The position numbers and the translations under genes were made by a program. From NCBI GenBank assembly GCA_951406725.2, contig OX597814.1:186372001-186436000 (forward strand): a DNA stretch of 64,000 nucleotides. Reading direction: 5' to 3'. Of this stretch, positions 1-13,920 are shown in pieces; the stretch's first letter is position 1; each line of letters starts with the position of its first letter. The notes beneath the pieces are model-generated. The model was not told where the DNA came from. It did not search any database and saw only the letters and a program-made list of their open reading frames with translations. Source of the DNA: Octopus vulgaris. Taxonomy: Eukaryota.

Positions 1-176
1 TGTAGAACAACACTTGCTGAGATTACTCCCCTGCTCCATTTTCTTTCTTCTTTTCCAGTTTCTCTCTTTCTTCTGTCTGAAAAATGTCAGAGCCATTTCT
101 TTCCCTTTCTCCCAAACATCAAGCTAATAATATGGAGAGCTTCTCTTGTCCTTTTGTTCTTTACTCTGTGTGTGTC

Positions 177-392
177 GGTATGGTTGTGTGGTAAGAAGTT
201 TGCTTCCCAACTGCTTGGTTTCAGGTTCAGTCCTACTGTGTGGCACTGTAATCTAGCAGTTTGGCGAAAGAGACCGATAGATTAAGTAGCAGGCTTTAAA
301 AACTATAAGCACTGGAGTGAATTCACTTGACTAAAAGTCTTCAAGGAGGTGCCCCAACATGATCACAATCTAATGACTAAAGCAAATAAGAG
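177..392 (+). mobile_element. Degenerate, internally deleted SINE (family 2)
   Basis: Head tggttgtgtggtaagaagtttgcttcccaa and tail aaagagaccgatag...ggtgccccaacatg...aatgactaaagcaa match the fuller copies at 22095 and 32341. Confidence 0.7.
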
Positions 393-737
393 ATTTTAAA
401 AGCTTGAAGGTTATTATTGATATGATGATACTACCACCTCTGAAGTTCATAAATGCCAGTTAGGCAAAGTTTTATCTGAGGCATCAGATGAACCCATATA
501 ATGGCAAGAAATGCAAATGAGGGCAACACTGTCCAACACCATCACTCACCAGAAGACCAAGGAAATAAACTGAAATAAACTAATAATCACAGCAATGGTG
601 ATGCCCTAGCATAGTCACAGCCTCTGGCTGAGAAAAAGAAAGTGAAAATTAAAGTAAAAAAATGTAATATACATATAAATGTACATGTACATAGAAGTTT
701 CTTAATTCAAAAAACCAAAATCATTGGTTTTTTGAAT

Positions 738-1044
738 CAGTGGTTCTTAACCATTTCTTTACCTCTGGACCCCTTTGATTATTATTTTACACTGGTGGAC
801 CTCAATAGTGATTCAGTGTTTAAAAACTAATTTTATACTCTGTTTTCCCACATTCACTTGTGTACTTTGAACCACATAAAACATTAGAGAAAGAAACCAA
901 GCTATTTCTTGCAATAAATAAATCTAAAACAAAATTTTTTTTCAGTCTCTTACTATACTACTGTGGATTCCCAATTTACAATTTTGCTTGCATGGACCAC
1001 ACAAAAAAAAAATCTTACAATGGACCCTGGTTGAAAAACCACTG
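738..1044. mobile_element. hAT-like MITE (CAGTGGTTCTCAA-type termini)
   Basis: TIRs cagtggttcttaacc / ggttgaaaaaccactg. Body is homologous to the copies at 58451 and 59060. Confidence 0.8.
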
Positions 1045-3760
1045 ATTTAGATGAAGCTCAATATAGATTCATTTATGCCTTAGATTCTTTATGACACTCA
1101 CAAAGGTAGCAAGCAGAGTATCTGACAAAAGAGAAAGCATGTAGGAGGGATTAGGCAGTTGGGAGAGGGCAGAACAACTAAGCTAAGCCATCTTTGTATG
1201 CAAGTTGTGTGTGTGTGTGTGTGTTTTATGTTCTTTTTTCAAAAATGCTGCTTCTTTGAAGGTCCTGCTTAGAATGCTAATCATGTAATTGAATATATGA
1301 TCTTAGCAGATGAAAACCAAAGGTATAAATGTTCTTTTATTACAGGTAGGATATAATTTAGGTTAGTTAGTAACATTCAAATCATGTGACGGCTTTAGTT
1401 TTATTGACATTTAAACAATGAAAAAAAAGGATAAAAGAAAGACTTATTTGAATGTTTTTTCAGCTTTAGGTATTGTTCTTATTCAAGTGTTGATTCTTCC
1501 TTGTTTATCTGATCCCTTTCAAAACCTGTAGTTTTATTTCACAAATGCTATTTTTGTAATAAATTTTGACTATAATACTTCAAGAACATTAAAAAAAAAA
1601 AGATAATTCTCATGAAAACTTTCAAAGTTGTTGGAAGATCTGTTATTGATGCAAAGAACACACCCTCACACCCTCTCACACACACACACACACACACTCA
1701 CACATTTCTACATAAAGGAAGTTATTGATATTCAGTTCATGTAACTATCCTCACGTTATCATTAACATCTAAAAATGTTAACAGTTCCCCGAATACTAGT
1801 AAGAATTTAATCTTTTGCTGGTGTATGTCAGTGTCCATATTTTGAAACATTTTCTTTTAGTCTTCAGATAGTTCCTAGAAAATGAAATGTCAGATTATAT
1901 CTGAGTCATTCTGGAAGCAAAATATTTTCTCCAAATTGTTTCAACATCTATTTACATTCATAAGACATTACCGTTACAGTTATTTGCAATGTTTACATAG
2001 TTTCTCTAATGTACTTAGTTTTCATCATCACTTATCATTTTGTTCATTTGTGTATGTGTATGTGTAATATATTTTATTTTGAGTATTTTTCTTTGAGATT
2101 TTTTTATTTTAATGCACTTTCCCTCTCAGTTGAAACCTTTTTTTGCCAGGAATTTTTTTTATGCACTATAGATGTCTCCTTCCTCTTTCTCTTTTCCCCT
2201 ACTCTTTCCTTTTTTTTTTTTCCCTGTACCCCAACCCCCCTCTGTAAAGGACATTGGGCATTCCTACAAGACAGCACTGAATGGCTGATAAAGTTTCCAG
2301 TCAAGCTAGAACATTATAGAAAGTTAATTAAAAAGAAAACAAAATTGAGCTATGGGAAATAACACAAATAAGCTAATGGCATGTTAAAGTTTAAGTTAAG
2401 GAGCGTTGTACTGAGCATGGTATACAAAATATTCTTGGTCGCCTGATTGAACTTAGCTGATCCAAGGAAACAAAAAGCTAGCTGCAATATTAGAGTAGTT
2501 AAGACACAAAGTGGAAGATCATACAGCAAAAGACTTTTCATTTAGAAACTAGCCATAAAGTAAGCCAGTATAGAAGTAGGAAGGAGAGATGTTATTGTCC
2601 TCTGAAGGTGTGAGACTATGTCTGGAGTCAGGATGTAATTGGGTAGAAGTGCATCTGAAATTATAAGAGCTCTCTTGACCTCAGTGACTAAAAAGAGATA
2701 CTGATACACCAAGTGTGGAGCCTGATATAGAAGCACAATCATCAACTATTTTTTTTTTTCCTCTTTTGTCTTAGTTTGAAGTAGAAGCAGCACACATGAC
2801 TTTTACAGGCCATCTAGAGAGTTCGCTTGCCATGAGGAGTGTTGAGTCTAATATTTTGTATGAGGCCTAGCCCTTCAGCTGATATTGAAGAAAAGTGATG
2901 TCACCTGGGATGTAGACAAGTATATGGGAAGTATTAGTAGGAACAACTTTAATGCAAAGAGTATTAAAAAGCTAATGAGTGAGAGTTGTGTTTGATTAAG
3001 GCTGATAAAAGCTACACAGAAACTAAAGTATGTTAGCCAATGAGGGAGTCTGTATATGCTTGCTCCACCTGCTAGAAATAACAGTAAATCTTTTAAATTA
3101 CACTCTTAATAAGAGTGTTACATTAGATAGTGTAGTCATAACTACACTAGAGACGATTGCAGCTGAAATGCTTTTGGTCAAATTAGGTTTGCATGATCAG
3201 GGTTGATAAAGACAATAGGTTGGTAAGCAACAGTAGCAAAGATAAAAAGTGATTGAGAGGGGAAAATTATAAAAATGGATCAACTCAAGATGATATCAGC
3301 AGCAAACAGATTTGGCTCATAAATGTGTTCTGGAATGCTGTAAAATAGATGATTTTTGGCTTAGAAAAAAATAATGTAGTCATATGTGTTGTGTTCATGA
3401 ATTTTTATGGGAAGGTGAAATTCAGATTTCGTAATACTTTATTCTGTACCTTCTACTGAATCTGTATTGAAAATAAAAATGATGATCATTGCTTACAAAA
3501 TAAGATCAAACTAACGCTACACCAGGTGAGGGAACCTTGGGTATGGCAGTGATTACATCATTATGAGAAGGTCCCTAAGCACTTATTCTCGACTTTTGAT
3601 ATTGTGTTTTGGTGAAAGGTTAGGGTGCATGCAGCTATGTGTATACAAAGCATGGAACTTGATTATAGTTAAGTATAATGAAAACAAAAAAAAAAGTGTC
3701 ATTATTTGTAGCATGATATTGGTACTGGTCATCAAAATACAAGTAAGGGTATCTGCAGCC

Positions 3761-5032
3761 CAACCATTTAGCGTTTAAACCAGCGATATCCAGCCCAAAT
3801 ATCTTATGTTTTACATTTAACCCTTTTGTGTTCAGATTAATCTGTCAAATGAATGTAATGCATATTCATGTTATTTTGAATTATTAAGGTTCAAAAGGGA
3901 TGTCCACAATATTTACTTGGAACTTTGTTAATTTTTTACATACTGATTTGAAATTTTGTCAGTGGGTGCATATATACCATTGGATTATAGTTATAAGATA
4001 ATTTTAACTGATCTTGCTGATTAAATTTGACTTTTATGGGCAGATAAATTTAATTAACAAGTGTAAAAGCAATAACATTATGGATAAACACTAAAATTGA
4101 AATTCTTAATGCATCTTAGCTGTTTGATTTGTTATTAAAATTATCCCAGTTGTCAACTGCCAATCCACAGTCTATTGATATCTGTTGAACACAAACTTAG
4201 CTCTCAGCTTGATTATTCTGAACTGATCAATGATTTTGTGAAGCAAAAAGTGCGCTGTGTTTGTCTTTGAAAGTGGCCTGTTTTATAAAAGTGCTCCTTT
4301 ATTCATATCTGGACGTTTTACTTACTGAAATTTTTAATAGACCTAAATAAATTTAACTTGTTGTACTTTTAAAGATGTTCTTTAGGATAATGTGAAATAT
4401 TGAACTTCAGATAGAATAAAGTAAAATATAGCTATGAATAAAAGGTGCATAGATTATGAATTTTGATAGAAGAGATGGGGCCTTGATGTGAAAGTTGCAG
4501 GGAGCCTCTAAAAGTCATGTGATGGAGCTGCATATATGTCAGTATGATTCATCCAAAGACAAATCCCTGTTATTTTCGTTTATATTTTGTACATCATCAA
4601 GAGTAAGACCTTTGAAGTCGGAATCGCTACTTGCTGATGCCATATCGTTAAAGACTAATATATACACTTCTTTTCAAATGTTAAAAAAAAAACAAGAAGT
4701 TTCAACACTTTCACCTCATTTTTGCTTTGAATAAAGGCAGGAGAGGCTTTACCTTGCATTATCTCAAAGCTACGAGAATTCAGTAATGTAATTTGTTTAT
4801 TTTTTTTAGCAGTTTCGTAGAGGAATCAAATATCGCTAGATTTGGCTTGTCTAAACACTAAAGGGTTGAATTGGCCATATCCAGCCTTTCATACCTATCC
4901 TACAATGTCATTCTAAAAATATACAATCACGTCATTGAAATCTCAATGCTTCAAGATTATGCATAATTAATTAAAAACTGTGAATAAATAAGCATTATGT
5001 TTGACAAAGTAATCTGACTGCTAAAGGGTTAA
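3761..5032. mobile_element. Nested TTAA (piggyBac-like) MITEs: outer copy interrupted by an oppositely oriented inner copy (about 3821-4865), itself interrupted by about 860 bp
   Basis: The outer halves 3761-3820 and 4870-5032 rejoin to match the intact 46401-46622 copy. The inner copy starts ttaa|cccttttgtgttcag and ends aacactaaaggg|ttga. Confidence 0.75.
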
Positions 5033-5327
5033 ATAATGCATAAACCAGAGTTTGGCTATGATAACTGCTGATAATAAATTGATACCAACTTAGGTTGGGC
5101 TAGCCCAACCCAGGGAAGATGGAGCTCACTCCCTACTGCTAATGACACAACATATGCCCTACAACAGCTGTACATTGCCCTGGAATCATCTGAGTGCTTT
5201 TTGTAATTTTCTACATGTGGCATTTCTCTCACTTGGGAAATTTTTGAGATTATGGAAGCTTTTCAAATTTTGGAATAGTAGATAAAGGATTATTGTAGTA
5301 TTTGTAAGTTTTTACATCTGTTTTTCC

Positions 5328-5771
5328 ATATGTATGTATGTATGTATGTATGTATATATATATGTATGTTTATGTGTATGTATATGTGTGTGTGTGTATA
5401 TGTGTGTATGTATATGTGTGTGTGTATATATATATATGTGTGTGTATGTATATATATGTGTGTGTATGTATATATATGTGTGTGTATATATATGTGTGTG
5501 TGTGTATATATATATGTGTGTATATGTATGTGTGTATATATGTGTGTGTGTGTATATGTATGTGTATGTATATATATGTGTGTGTGTGTATGTATATATA
5601 TATGTGTGTGTATGTATATATATGTGTGTGTATGTATATATGTGTGTGTATGTATATATATATATATATATGTGTGTGTATGTATATATATATATGTGTG
5701 TGTATGTATATATATGTGTGTGTATGTATATATATATGTGTGTGTATGTATGTATGTATGTGTGTGTGTGT
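5328..5771. repeat. Compound (TG)n/(TA)n/TATG microsatellite
   Basis: Directly visible; source of the spurious Y/I/C/V/M and H/T/Y/I ORFs. Confidence 0.97.
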
Positions 5772-7580
5772 ACTCATTTGTGTGTGCATACATGCATTTA
5801 CACATAAATGCTTTTATGTAAACAAACTATTTCTTAGCTATATTTCACAATTTGTACTGAGTATTTTGCTTACATAAAACCATTAGACTATGCAAATACT
5901 AACTCCTAACTCTTATACTAAGTTAAGTTAGCATCAATTAGCTAGGTGCCAAAAAAAAAAAAAAAATGGAATGTATTCTAGCTGCTGTATTTTTATTCAC
6001 TTGCAGAAGCAAACTGTAGCTAAGCAATATCTGAAATGTCAACTGTCTGTTTCCGATATTCGGGTTATGAATATCGTGGCAGCCAATGAAATGTATTCTC
6101 AAGATGATGGCCCTATTAATTGATAGTTGTAAGCCCAGTCATTGATAGATAAAACTGCTGAATCGCCTTCAGTTATCATCATCATTTCAATTTATGCTAA
6201 TATTATATTTAGGTTTAAATGTTACTCTTTCCATCTAACCAAGCCTATCCCAGACTTTCGGTATTTGTGATATTCCTCATGCTCAAAGTCTTACGGTGAC
6301 ATTTTATTAAATTTAGATCTTATTAAAAAAAGATTAATCTGTAGCCTTCTTTTATTTAATGTTTGCATATTGTACCTCTAAATATTTGCCTCGCACTCCC
6401 TACTTTTTTAAATGATTTGTCTTATTTCACCACCCCTTGGGTTTTAAAAGGGATTTTGAAATTTAAAAATGGAACTGAAATTCATGACGTACATGAGAAA
6501 AGAAACCAATCCAGGGTATTTCAACAATAGTTAAGGGTTGATGTTTATAGACCTAATATTATTGTTGTAGTGACCTCAATAAAAGTTCAGTGTTGCAATT
6601 TGAGTTGAAGTACTTCTATTTGTTTTCCTGTGTTTGGTTGTTCCTCAGATCCAGTTTATTTAGATGAGTAGGATTAGCTGTACCAAGCAGATGTGGAACA
6701 GAATGTGGAGTACCATTGCAAGTTTTATGTCCAAGTTACAATATTATTGGACCTTGCCAGGGAAGCATAACCAACCTCAAACCTGCTTAGTTAGTGGACA
6801 GAGGTTTTTTTTTTTTTATCTCAAAGAAGAATTTTTTTTCTTATTTTCCTTAGCTCTCATTTATTAATTCTGCAAATTGCTGTTAGCAAATACGTTTTAT
6901 AACTCTTTTTCTATGTAAAATCTCTGTTGCCTAATGAAACAGGCTCCACTAATGAGACCCAATAAGAATGAAACCTGTCCATAGCATTCAGTTTGCCTGC
7001 TAACAAAAAATCAGCTATTCCACTTATTTGATTATCTCGCCTTTGTTTTCCTTCTCAAACTTGGATTAATTGGTTTTCCTCTGTGTGTGCATGAGTATGC
7101 AAATTAGTACATCCGCTCTTCATTGAGTCGCTTGATTTTATCATATTATATGTCTCTTAACATGTGCAGTTTAAGTTCAGTTGCCATGAAGAGAATAGAA
7201 TCTAAAACTAAAGGGGATACAGCTTATCAAAGCATCCATTGTTTGACTGGTTCAGTTTTATTTATTCATACATTTTATATTGTAATTGAATTGGTGCACA
7301 AATAATAGTGTCATAAGTTTCCAACACACTAATAATACTTGGTTCATTGCATTTCTGGCAGTGAGAATAACAATGGTGCATTTGTAATACAGTGTAGAAA
7401 AAATATCACCAGAGTTTTAGTTTGTAAAGCCCCAGTTCTCACGATATACTTTGGGGAATGATATACGCACATTATCATAATTTCACTATCACCATCTTCA
7501 TTTTAATACCCATGGGTCAGAAGTAATGTCTTGAGGCAGCTTCTCTATTGCTGGGTGCCCTTATTGTCACCAGGAATAGT

Positions 7581-8627
7581 AACTGCATTGTTTCTCTCCA
7601 GATAAACTAACATCTGACTATTCAAAAGAGACTTGTAACTAGTAGCAACTTCTCTTGAAAATCAACAAAATTTGGCATCATGGTGTTATCAAGTAGCTAC
7701 GGAAAAAGGGTTTAGCCCCCATTGACATTCATGCTGACATGGTTGCTACATTAGGGGATGATGCTCCAGCTTTGTCAATGGTGCAAAAGAGGGCAGCTGA
7801 ATTTAGGAGGGTAAAAGAGGGTTCTGAAGATGATGCAAGGTCTGCATGTCCTGCAACTGCCACCATGTAAGAAAACCTTGATTGTGTTCACCACATGATG
7901 ATGGATGACAGCCAATTGACTATAAATTAAATAACCAATGCTATTAGCTTTCCCATGAGAGAGTTGAGAATATTTTGCACAAGGAACTCGGCATGATGAG
8001 GGTTTTTGTTCAATGGTGCACTAGGCTGATCACATTATGGGAAAATCTGACATTGTTTAAGGCAAAGCCATAAACATTTCCTAATCCAGGATTAGTGTTG
8101 GCTTCATCAGTTTGAGCCAGAGACAAAGACAATCTATGGAGTAGAAACATCCCTCCTCACCTGCTGCAAAGAAAGCCAAGTACATTTCATCTGCAGAGGT
8201 GATAGCCTCAGTTTTTTGGTATACAAAAGGCATTGTGTTTATTGACTATCTTCAAAAAGGCCACATGATCAATAGAGAGCACTATGCGAACTTGCTGAGG
8301 CAGTTATGAAAGGCTTTCAAGATCAAATGCCCAGGAAAACTAACAGAAAGGGTCTTGTTTCATCAGGACAATGCTCCAGCACACAAGTTCTGGCTTTCAA
8401 TGACTGCTGTGCATGACTGTAGCTTTGAACTGGTTGATCACCCTCTCTATTCTTGTGATTTGATTCCATCTACCATCTGTACCCTAACATGAAAAACCTC
8501 TTGGCTGAGTATCTGTATCACAGTTATGATGATGTCATACCTGCTGTTGATGACTTTTTTGATCAACAGGATCTTTTCACCAATGCAATCCAAACACTAC
8601 AACACCAATGGAAGAATTGTGTGCACA
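7581..8627 (+). mobile_element. Decayed mariner (DD34D) transposase copy, TIRs not recognisable
   Basis: Collinear with the reverse complement of 57164-58407. Remnants of HQDNAPAH (catcaggacaatgctccagcacac), EPETK and IDYLQKG, with many stops and frameshifts. Confidence 0.85.
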
Positions 8628-9245
8628 TGTATTTGTGTGTTTGTGTGTGAACCCCAGGCTATGGCAGAAAACTTACCCAAAGTATTGCGCAGTGGGATTG
8701 AACCCTGGAACCTTAAAGCTGCAAAAAGAACTTGTTAACCATTCAGCTATGCCTGAATGTGAAAAAATTTTAAACTACTTGGTAATAAATTAGAATCTCT
8801 TCTAAAATGTACCTTACCCATGTTTTTTATTTCCTACATGATAATTATTTGTAAATATTAATTAAAAGTCAATAGTTTAATACATATGTGTGTATTCTTT
8901 ATTCGTGGGTTAACCAGACTACCATTGGCTTCTTGTTGAGAAGGACATCTCTGAACTATTATTCAAGTCTGTCACATAGGATGTTGTGTTTGTCTACATT
9001 TGGATGAAAACAACAAAATCACAGTAGTTAAGGTTGTTTACAGATAAGTTATGGATGAGACAGCCTTAACTTTTTAGTAACAGAATTTGAGGAAAATTGT
9101 GTTAGCCCGTATAAGCAAAGGTTATATTATGAAATTCTTGAGTTTGGATAAGCTTTTATATGCCATGAGGAAAAGAGAAATTTTACATTTATAAAATTGA
9201 TCGTTTGCCTCAGGATGAAACAATTTTTCTCAGGCATACAGTCAA

Positions 9246-10085
9246 TGTTATGGTGAGAGTCATGATACCCCACTGTGAGAATGGACTAGCCGACCTTGTA
9301 TAAGTAGAAGCATGTTTGACTGAGAGAGAGAGAGAGAGAAATCACAGTAAGTTGAACGGTGTCATTTGTGAGTTCATGGAGTCGTAGGAAATTGTAGAAA
9401 AGTTGTTATAGTTCATCGAGAGTTGTTTTAGATTGGTTACAGTTGTTGGCAGAGTATTTGGGAATATATCAAGTGGAGACAGTTGGTGCCTACTCCGTTC
9501 TGTAGTATTGTATAATACTCATTTGGTCTAAAGGTCACACTTGCAATTTTTCAACAGGTTATGGATGCAATGTTAGCAGACTGGGAATTCCCAATTCCAT
9601 ACCTGGATGATATATTAATTAAAAGTAAATCTCATGATCAGCATGTTGAGCATGTAAAGTATTTTTTTGAAATAATAAGAGATTATGGTTTCACACTGAG
9701 TGAAGAAAAATGTGAATTTTTTAAACTAAAATTAAATATTTAGGACAAATTATCAACAGGAATGGATGATGGCCGGACCCGCTGAGGGCAGATGCAATTA
9801 AAAATATGCCTCCTCTATAATGACTTTACAAGCTTTTCTAGGTCTAACAAATTATTATCAAAATTATACACCAAAACTGCATGAATTGAGAGCTCCACTA
9901 AATAATTTGCTAAAAAAAGGATGTGAAGTGGAATTGGTCAACTAATTATCAAAAGGAGTTTGATGATATTAAAAAAATATAAATATCAGATTTGTCACTG
10001 GTTCATTTTGATCCTGCAGCAGAGATTATTATAGCTTCTGACACTTCTGAATATAACGTAGGAGCAATAATGCTACAAAAATTAG
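9246..10085 (+). mobile_element. Ty3/gypsy LTR-retrotransposon fragment (RT and RNase H remnant, possible LTR remnant at 9246-9517)
   Basis: Translates SFGLKVTLAIFQQVMDAML...PYLDDILI...KCEFF, then (Y)LGQII, AFLGL.NYY and LVHFDP..EIIIASDTSEY.VGA. Frameshifted. The LTR assignment is tentative (TG start only). Confidence 0.88.
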
Positions 10086-10214
10086 TAGGAATGTGGCAGA
10101 AAAACGGGGTGCTAAACAAAATATTTTACTCTGCTTTGCTAAGTGTGAGTTCTCATTTCAACATGGTGACTTTGCTTTAAGTCTTCCAATGTCAGTAGAA
10201 TAAGTACAATTCAA

Positions 10215-10451
10215 AAGGCAGCGAGCTGGTAGAATCATTAGCATGCCGGGCGAAATGCTTAGTGGTATTTCGTCTGTCACTACGTTCTGAGTTCAAATTC
10301 CGCCAAGGTCGACTTTGCCTTTCATCCTTTCGGGGTCGATTAAATAAGTACCAGTTACGCACTGGGGTTGATATAATCGACTTAATCCGTTTGTCTGTCC
10401 TTATTTGTCCCTTCTGTGTGTAGCCAGCCCCTTGTGGGCAGTAAAGAAATA
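10215..10451 (+). mobile_element. SINE family 1, full length, with 18-bp TSD
   Basis: Head ggcagcgagctggtagaa, B-box-like gagttcaaattcc, tail aaagaaataa. Flanked by agaataagtacaattcaa (10197-10214) and agaataagtacaagtcaa (10452-10469). Confidence 0.9.
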
Positions 10452-10821
10452 AGAATAAGTACAAGTCAAGTTTAGGATTGAATAAAGTTAACTACACATT
10501 TCTTTCAGAATTTGTGACTTTGTACCAACATTGTAAATTTGTTACTTATCAGAAATTTTTGAGTAATTATTGGACAAAATATCGCATGACACATTTTCTG
10601 TTGAAAATTTGTTTTACTAAACTTACAGATTTGGAATTTATGTAATGTTTCTTTCCAACTGAACAGAAAACATAACAACACGTACAACAGAAAACATAAA
10701 AACACATACAACAACACATAACAACACTGTACCTTGACTTATTGTTTGTGTGTATATGAAAATATATTTGTAAATTTTAAAATTTTCTGCTTACTTAATT
10801 TATTAATTTTATTTTTTGTAG

Positions 10822-10927
10822 AAAAATGTCGTGATGCATTAGGTATGCAGACAATGGAAATACCAGACACTGCAATTGTTGCCAGCTCTTCCTATGATGA
10901 AGATACTGTGGGACCAATAAATGCTCG
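10822..10927 (+). CDS. DDR: Discoidin domain receptor (DDR-like RTK), first discoidin-domain exon (106 nt, phase 1 in, phase 2 out)
   Basis: Acceptor ttttttgtag ends at 10821 and donor gtaggt starts at 10928. Translates (x)KCRDALGMQTMEIPDTAIVASSSYDEDTVGPINA(R), matching the start of the DDR discoidin domain (C-R-x-x-L-G-M...I-P-D...I-x-A-S-S). Phase is compatible with the next exon. Confidence 0.93.
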
Positions 10928-11499
10928 GTAGGTAGAAGTACACTATATACATATATATATATCTTGATACTTAGAATGTATAATATATTTTTAAAGTAGA
11001 AGCTTAAATATATTTTAAAAGTTTTTTTCTTATTTTTAATTAATTGTACCCAAACTGAGAAAATATGTTGGACTCAGAAAGTAATATTTGAACTGTATTA
11101 TATATTAGATTATGTCTTAAAAACTTTTAAAACTTTGCAGTTGAAGAAAGATGAAACTCACAGCAAAATTAGCATATTAATGTCACCATAATTTTAAACT
11201 TAAAAAATAATTCAAACAAGAAAAAAGAAAAACATTGTTTAAACAATAATGGTTTTGGTAAGAGAATTTTAGTTTGTGTATGTGTATAGCAAATATTTCT
11301 CCAAAACCTTTACAAAGTGGAATGAGTTTGCTGTGAAGTGAAAGAGAAGCTGACATTTCAAGTTAGGCCCTTCATCAAAACATCAAACTGCTCACAACAA
11401 ACTAATTTAATCCACTTTGTGATCTTTGTGTTTGTAATATATATGGACTTTATTTACTAGATATTGTTTGTGTTCATATATATGTGTGTGTGTGTGTGT

Positions 11500-11810
11500 G
11501 AAGGTGCATGGCTCAGTGGTTAGAGTGTCGAGCTTACAATCGTGAAGTTGTGAGTTCAAATCCCGGACCAGACTGCGTGTTGTGTTCTTGAGTAAGACAC
11601 TTTTCACGTTGCTCCAGTTCACTCAGCTGTAGAAATGAGTTGTGATGTCACAGGTGCCAAGATGTATCAGCCTTTGCCTTTCCCTTGGATAACACTTGTG
11701 GCGTGGAGAGGGGAGGCTGGTATGCTGGTCTTCCATAAAAACAACCTTGCCAGGACTTGTGCCTGGGAGGGTAACTTTCTAGGTGCAATCCTATGGTCAG
11801 TCACGATCAG
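11500..11810 (+). mobile_element. tRNA-derived SINE family 3
   Basis: A box tggctcagtggttagag and B box gagttcaaatcc. Body is shared with 30790-31105. Confidence 0.85.
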
Positions 11811-12019
11811 AGGGGGGGGGGGTTAATCATATATATATACATATGTGTGTGTGTGTGTGTGTGTGTGTGAATATGTATATATGTGTTACATAGGAATGAC
11901 CATTAAAGTGGACACCTAATGCTAAACATAGACGTCAAATCGCCATATGTTTTGTTTATTCACCTTTATGATCGATAATGTTTACTGCTTTTACTTCATA
12001 ATTTAATATATAAAAAACG

Positions 12020-12322
12020 TTGCTTTTTTCAAGCCTAGCCAGGCTCATGGGCTCGGTTTCCCGGTTTCTGTGGCTTATGTGTTCTCCCCAGCTGGACAGG
12101 ACGCCAGTCCGTCGCAGCGTTACTCAAGAAACCGGAAGAAAGAGTGAGAGAAAGTTGGGGTGAAAGAGTACAACAGGGGTTGCCACCACCCCCTGCCGGA
12201 GCCTCGTGGAGCTTTTAGGTGTTTTCACTCAATAAACACACACAACACCTGGTCTGGGAATTGAAACTGCGATCCTCCGACCATGAGTCCACTGCCCTAA
12301 CCACCGGGCCATTGCCCCTCCA
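12020..12322 (-). mobile_element. tRNA-headed SINE (distinct body)
   Basis: The reverse strand reads ggaggggcaatggcccggtggttagggcagtggactc...gcagtttcaattccc (tRNA-like A and B boxes), then a GC-rich body and an A-rich tail. Confidence 0.75.
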
Positions 12323-13055
12323 CAATTTAATATATACTGTGTATATACATATGCATACATATATGGACATGTACAATATGTAATAAAGTGTTCTACTGTG
12401 AGTTTTTCCTTTGTCTCTCATTTCTTTTCAATCAGTAAAACATTTGAATATACTGGAACTGAATGCATTATGAAATGCATACTAGTTGGTGAATAAGTAA
12501 AATGTAATAAACATTTTAAAACTTTTACTAATATCACTAAAATCCTGGAGGGTTACTATAGATTTCATAACTGATTGTTGATAAACATTATCAGTATGAT
12601 AGAAATATATAAATACATCAGCTTCATTGAAACAGCACACTTACACAAATATGACATCAATTCGGTGTTATTATTGATCTGAGAAAATGTTGTACTTAAC
12701 AAAAACTCATTCTTAATTAAATCTGATATTACTAATTAAACAAAGGAATATATCAGAAATATTCATTGACACTTATTTAAAAGAACCAAAAATTATTGAT
12801 CAGTTATTTAGCATTTACCCTAAATTGTTACTATATCATAGCAATGTTTTAGCTATTTTAATCAAATAATGTAACATACTATCTCTTCATTTATTGATTT
12901 AACAGGATTTGTAAATCAGTGTTCATATATTATTCATCAAAGAAATATTAACTATTCCAATGCTGCTCACTCACACTTAGCATATTTTCAACACTTTCTG
13001 AAAATTCTTCTAATGTATTATTTGTTAGCATTTCAGTATAGTTATATCAATTCTC

Positions 13056-13090
<35 letters not shown>

Positions 13091-13920
13091 GCATGTATGT
13101 ACATCTATGGAGGAGAGAGAGAAAAAAAGAAGGATGGATAAATGGTTAAGAAGTTCACTTCCCAACCACATAGCTCTAGGTTCAGTCCCACTGCATGGCC
13201 CCTTGGTCAAGTGTTTTTAATGTTAACCTGGGCTGACCAAAACCTTGTGAAACTGAAAGAAGCCTGTCGTGTGTGTATGTCTGTGTTTGTCTCCCACTAC
13301 CACTTGACAAACAGTGTTGGTTTGTTTATATCTCTGTAACTTAGTGGTTTTGCAAAAGAAACTAGTAGAACAAGTATCAGACTATGACTAAACTCTTTAT
13401 GAAAGAGAAGAAAAAAAGAAGAAAATAAAGAATTGGGATACAAGTGAAAGAGAAAGATAAAATGTACAATACCAAATGAGATATATGTTTTGTCTGACCC
13501 ATGTTAAAATGATGGTGATTACCACATATCATCTTAAAGTAGTTGGCGGAATCATTGGTATGCTGGGCAAACTGCTTAACATTTTATTTGTCTGTACAAT
13601 CTGAGTTCAAATTTTGCGAAGGTTGACATTGCCTTTCATCCTTTTGGGATCAATGAGCTCTGGGTTCAGTGTAATCAACTGCATTCCTCCCACCAAATTT
13701 CAGGCCTTGTGCCTATAGTATATGTCCACTTTTCTATCCTGGTATGGGATTGGGCAGATTTTCTGATGCAGTGTTTTATAGTTTGGATGCCCTTCCACTC
13801 GCCAATTTTATTAGCAACTTTATACAATATCCAGGGACGTAACATACCTATTCTAAAACCCAGATATGCACAGATAAAGTATGAATGTATACATACATAC
13901 AAGTGTATGTATTTTGTTAT

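Noticed and set aside
2350-3000. Possible highly decayed LINE 3' region on the minus strand
   Set aside because: Only faint motif resemblance; cannot be supported by eye.
5290-5877. 139-179 aa ORFs on both strands
   Set aside because: Translations of TG/TA microsatellite; stop-free by composition only.
1-10821. DDR signal-peptide exon or promoter
   Set aside because: No hydrophobic ORF with a convincing phase-1 donor, and no promoter-like island, could be supported.
11500-11575. tRNA gene candidates at SINE heads (also 30790 and 12250-12322)
   Set aside because: A and B boxes are present, but no proper cloverleaf or terminator is evident and they continue into SINE bodies.
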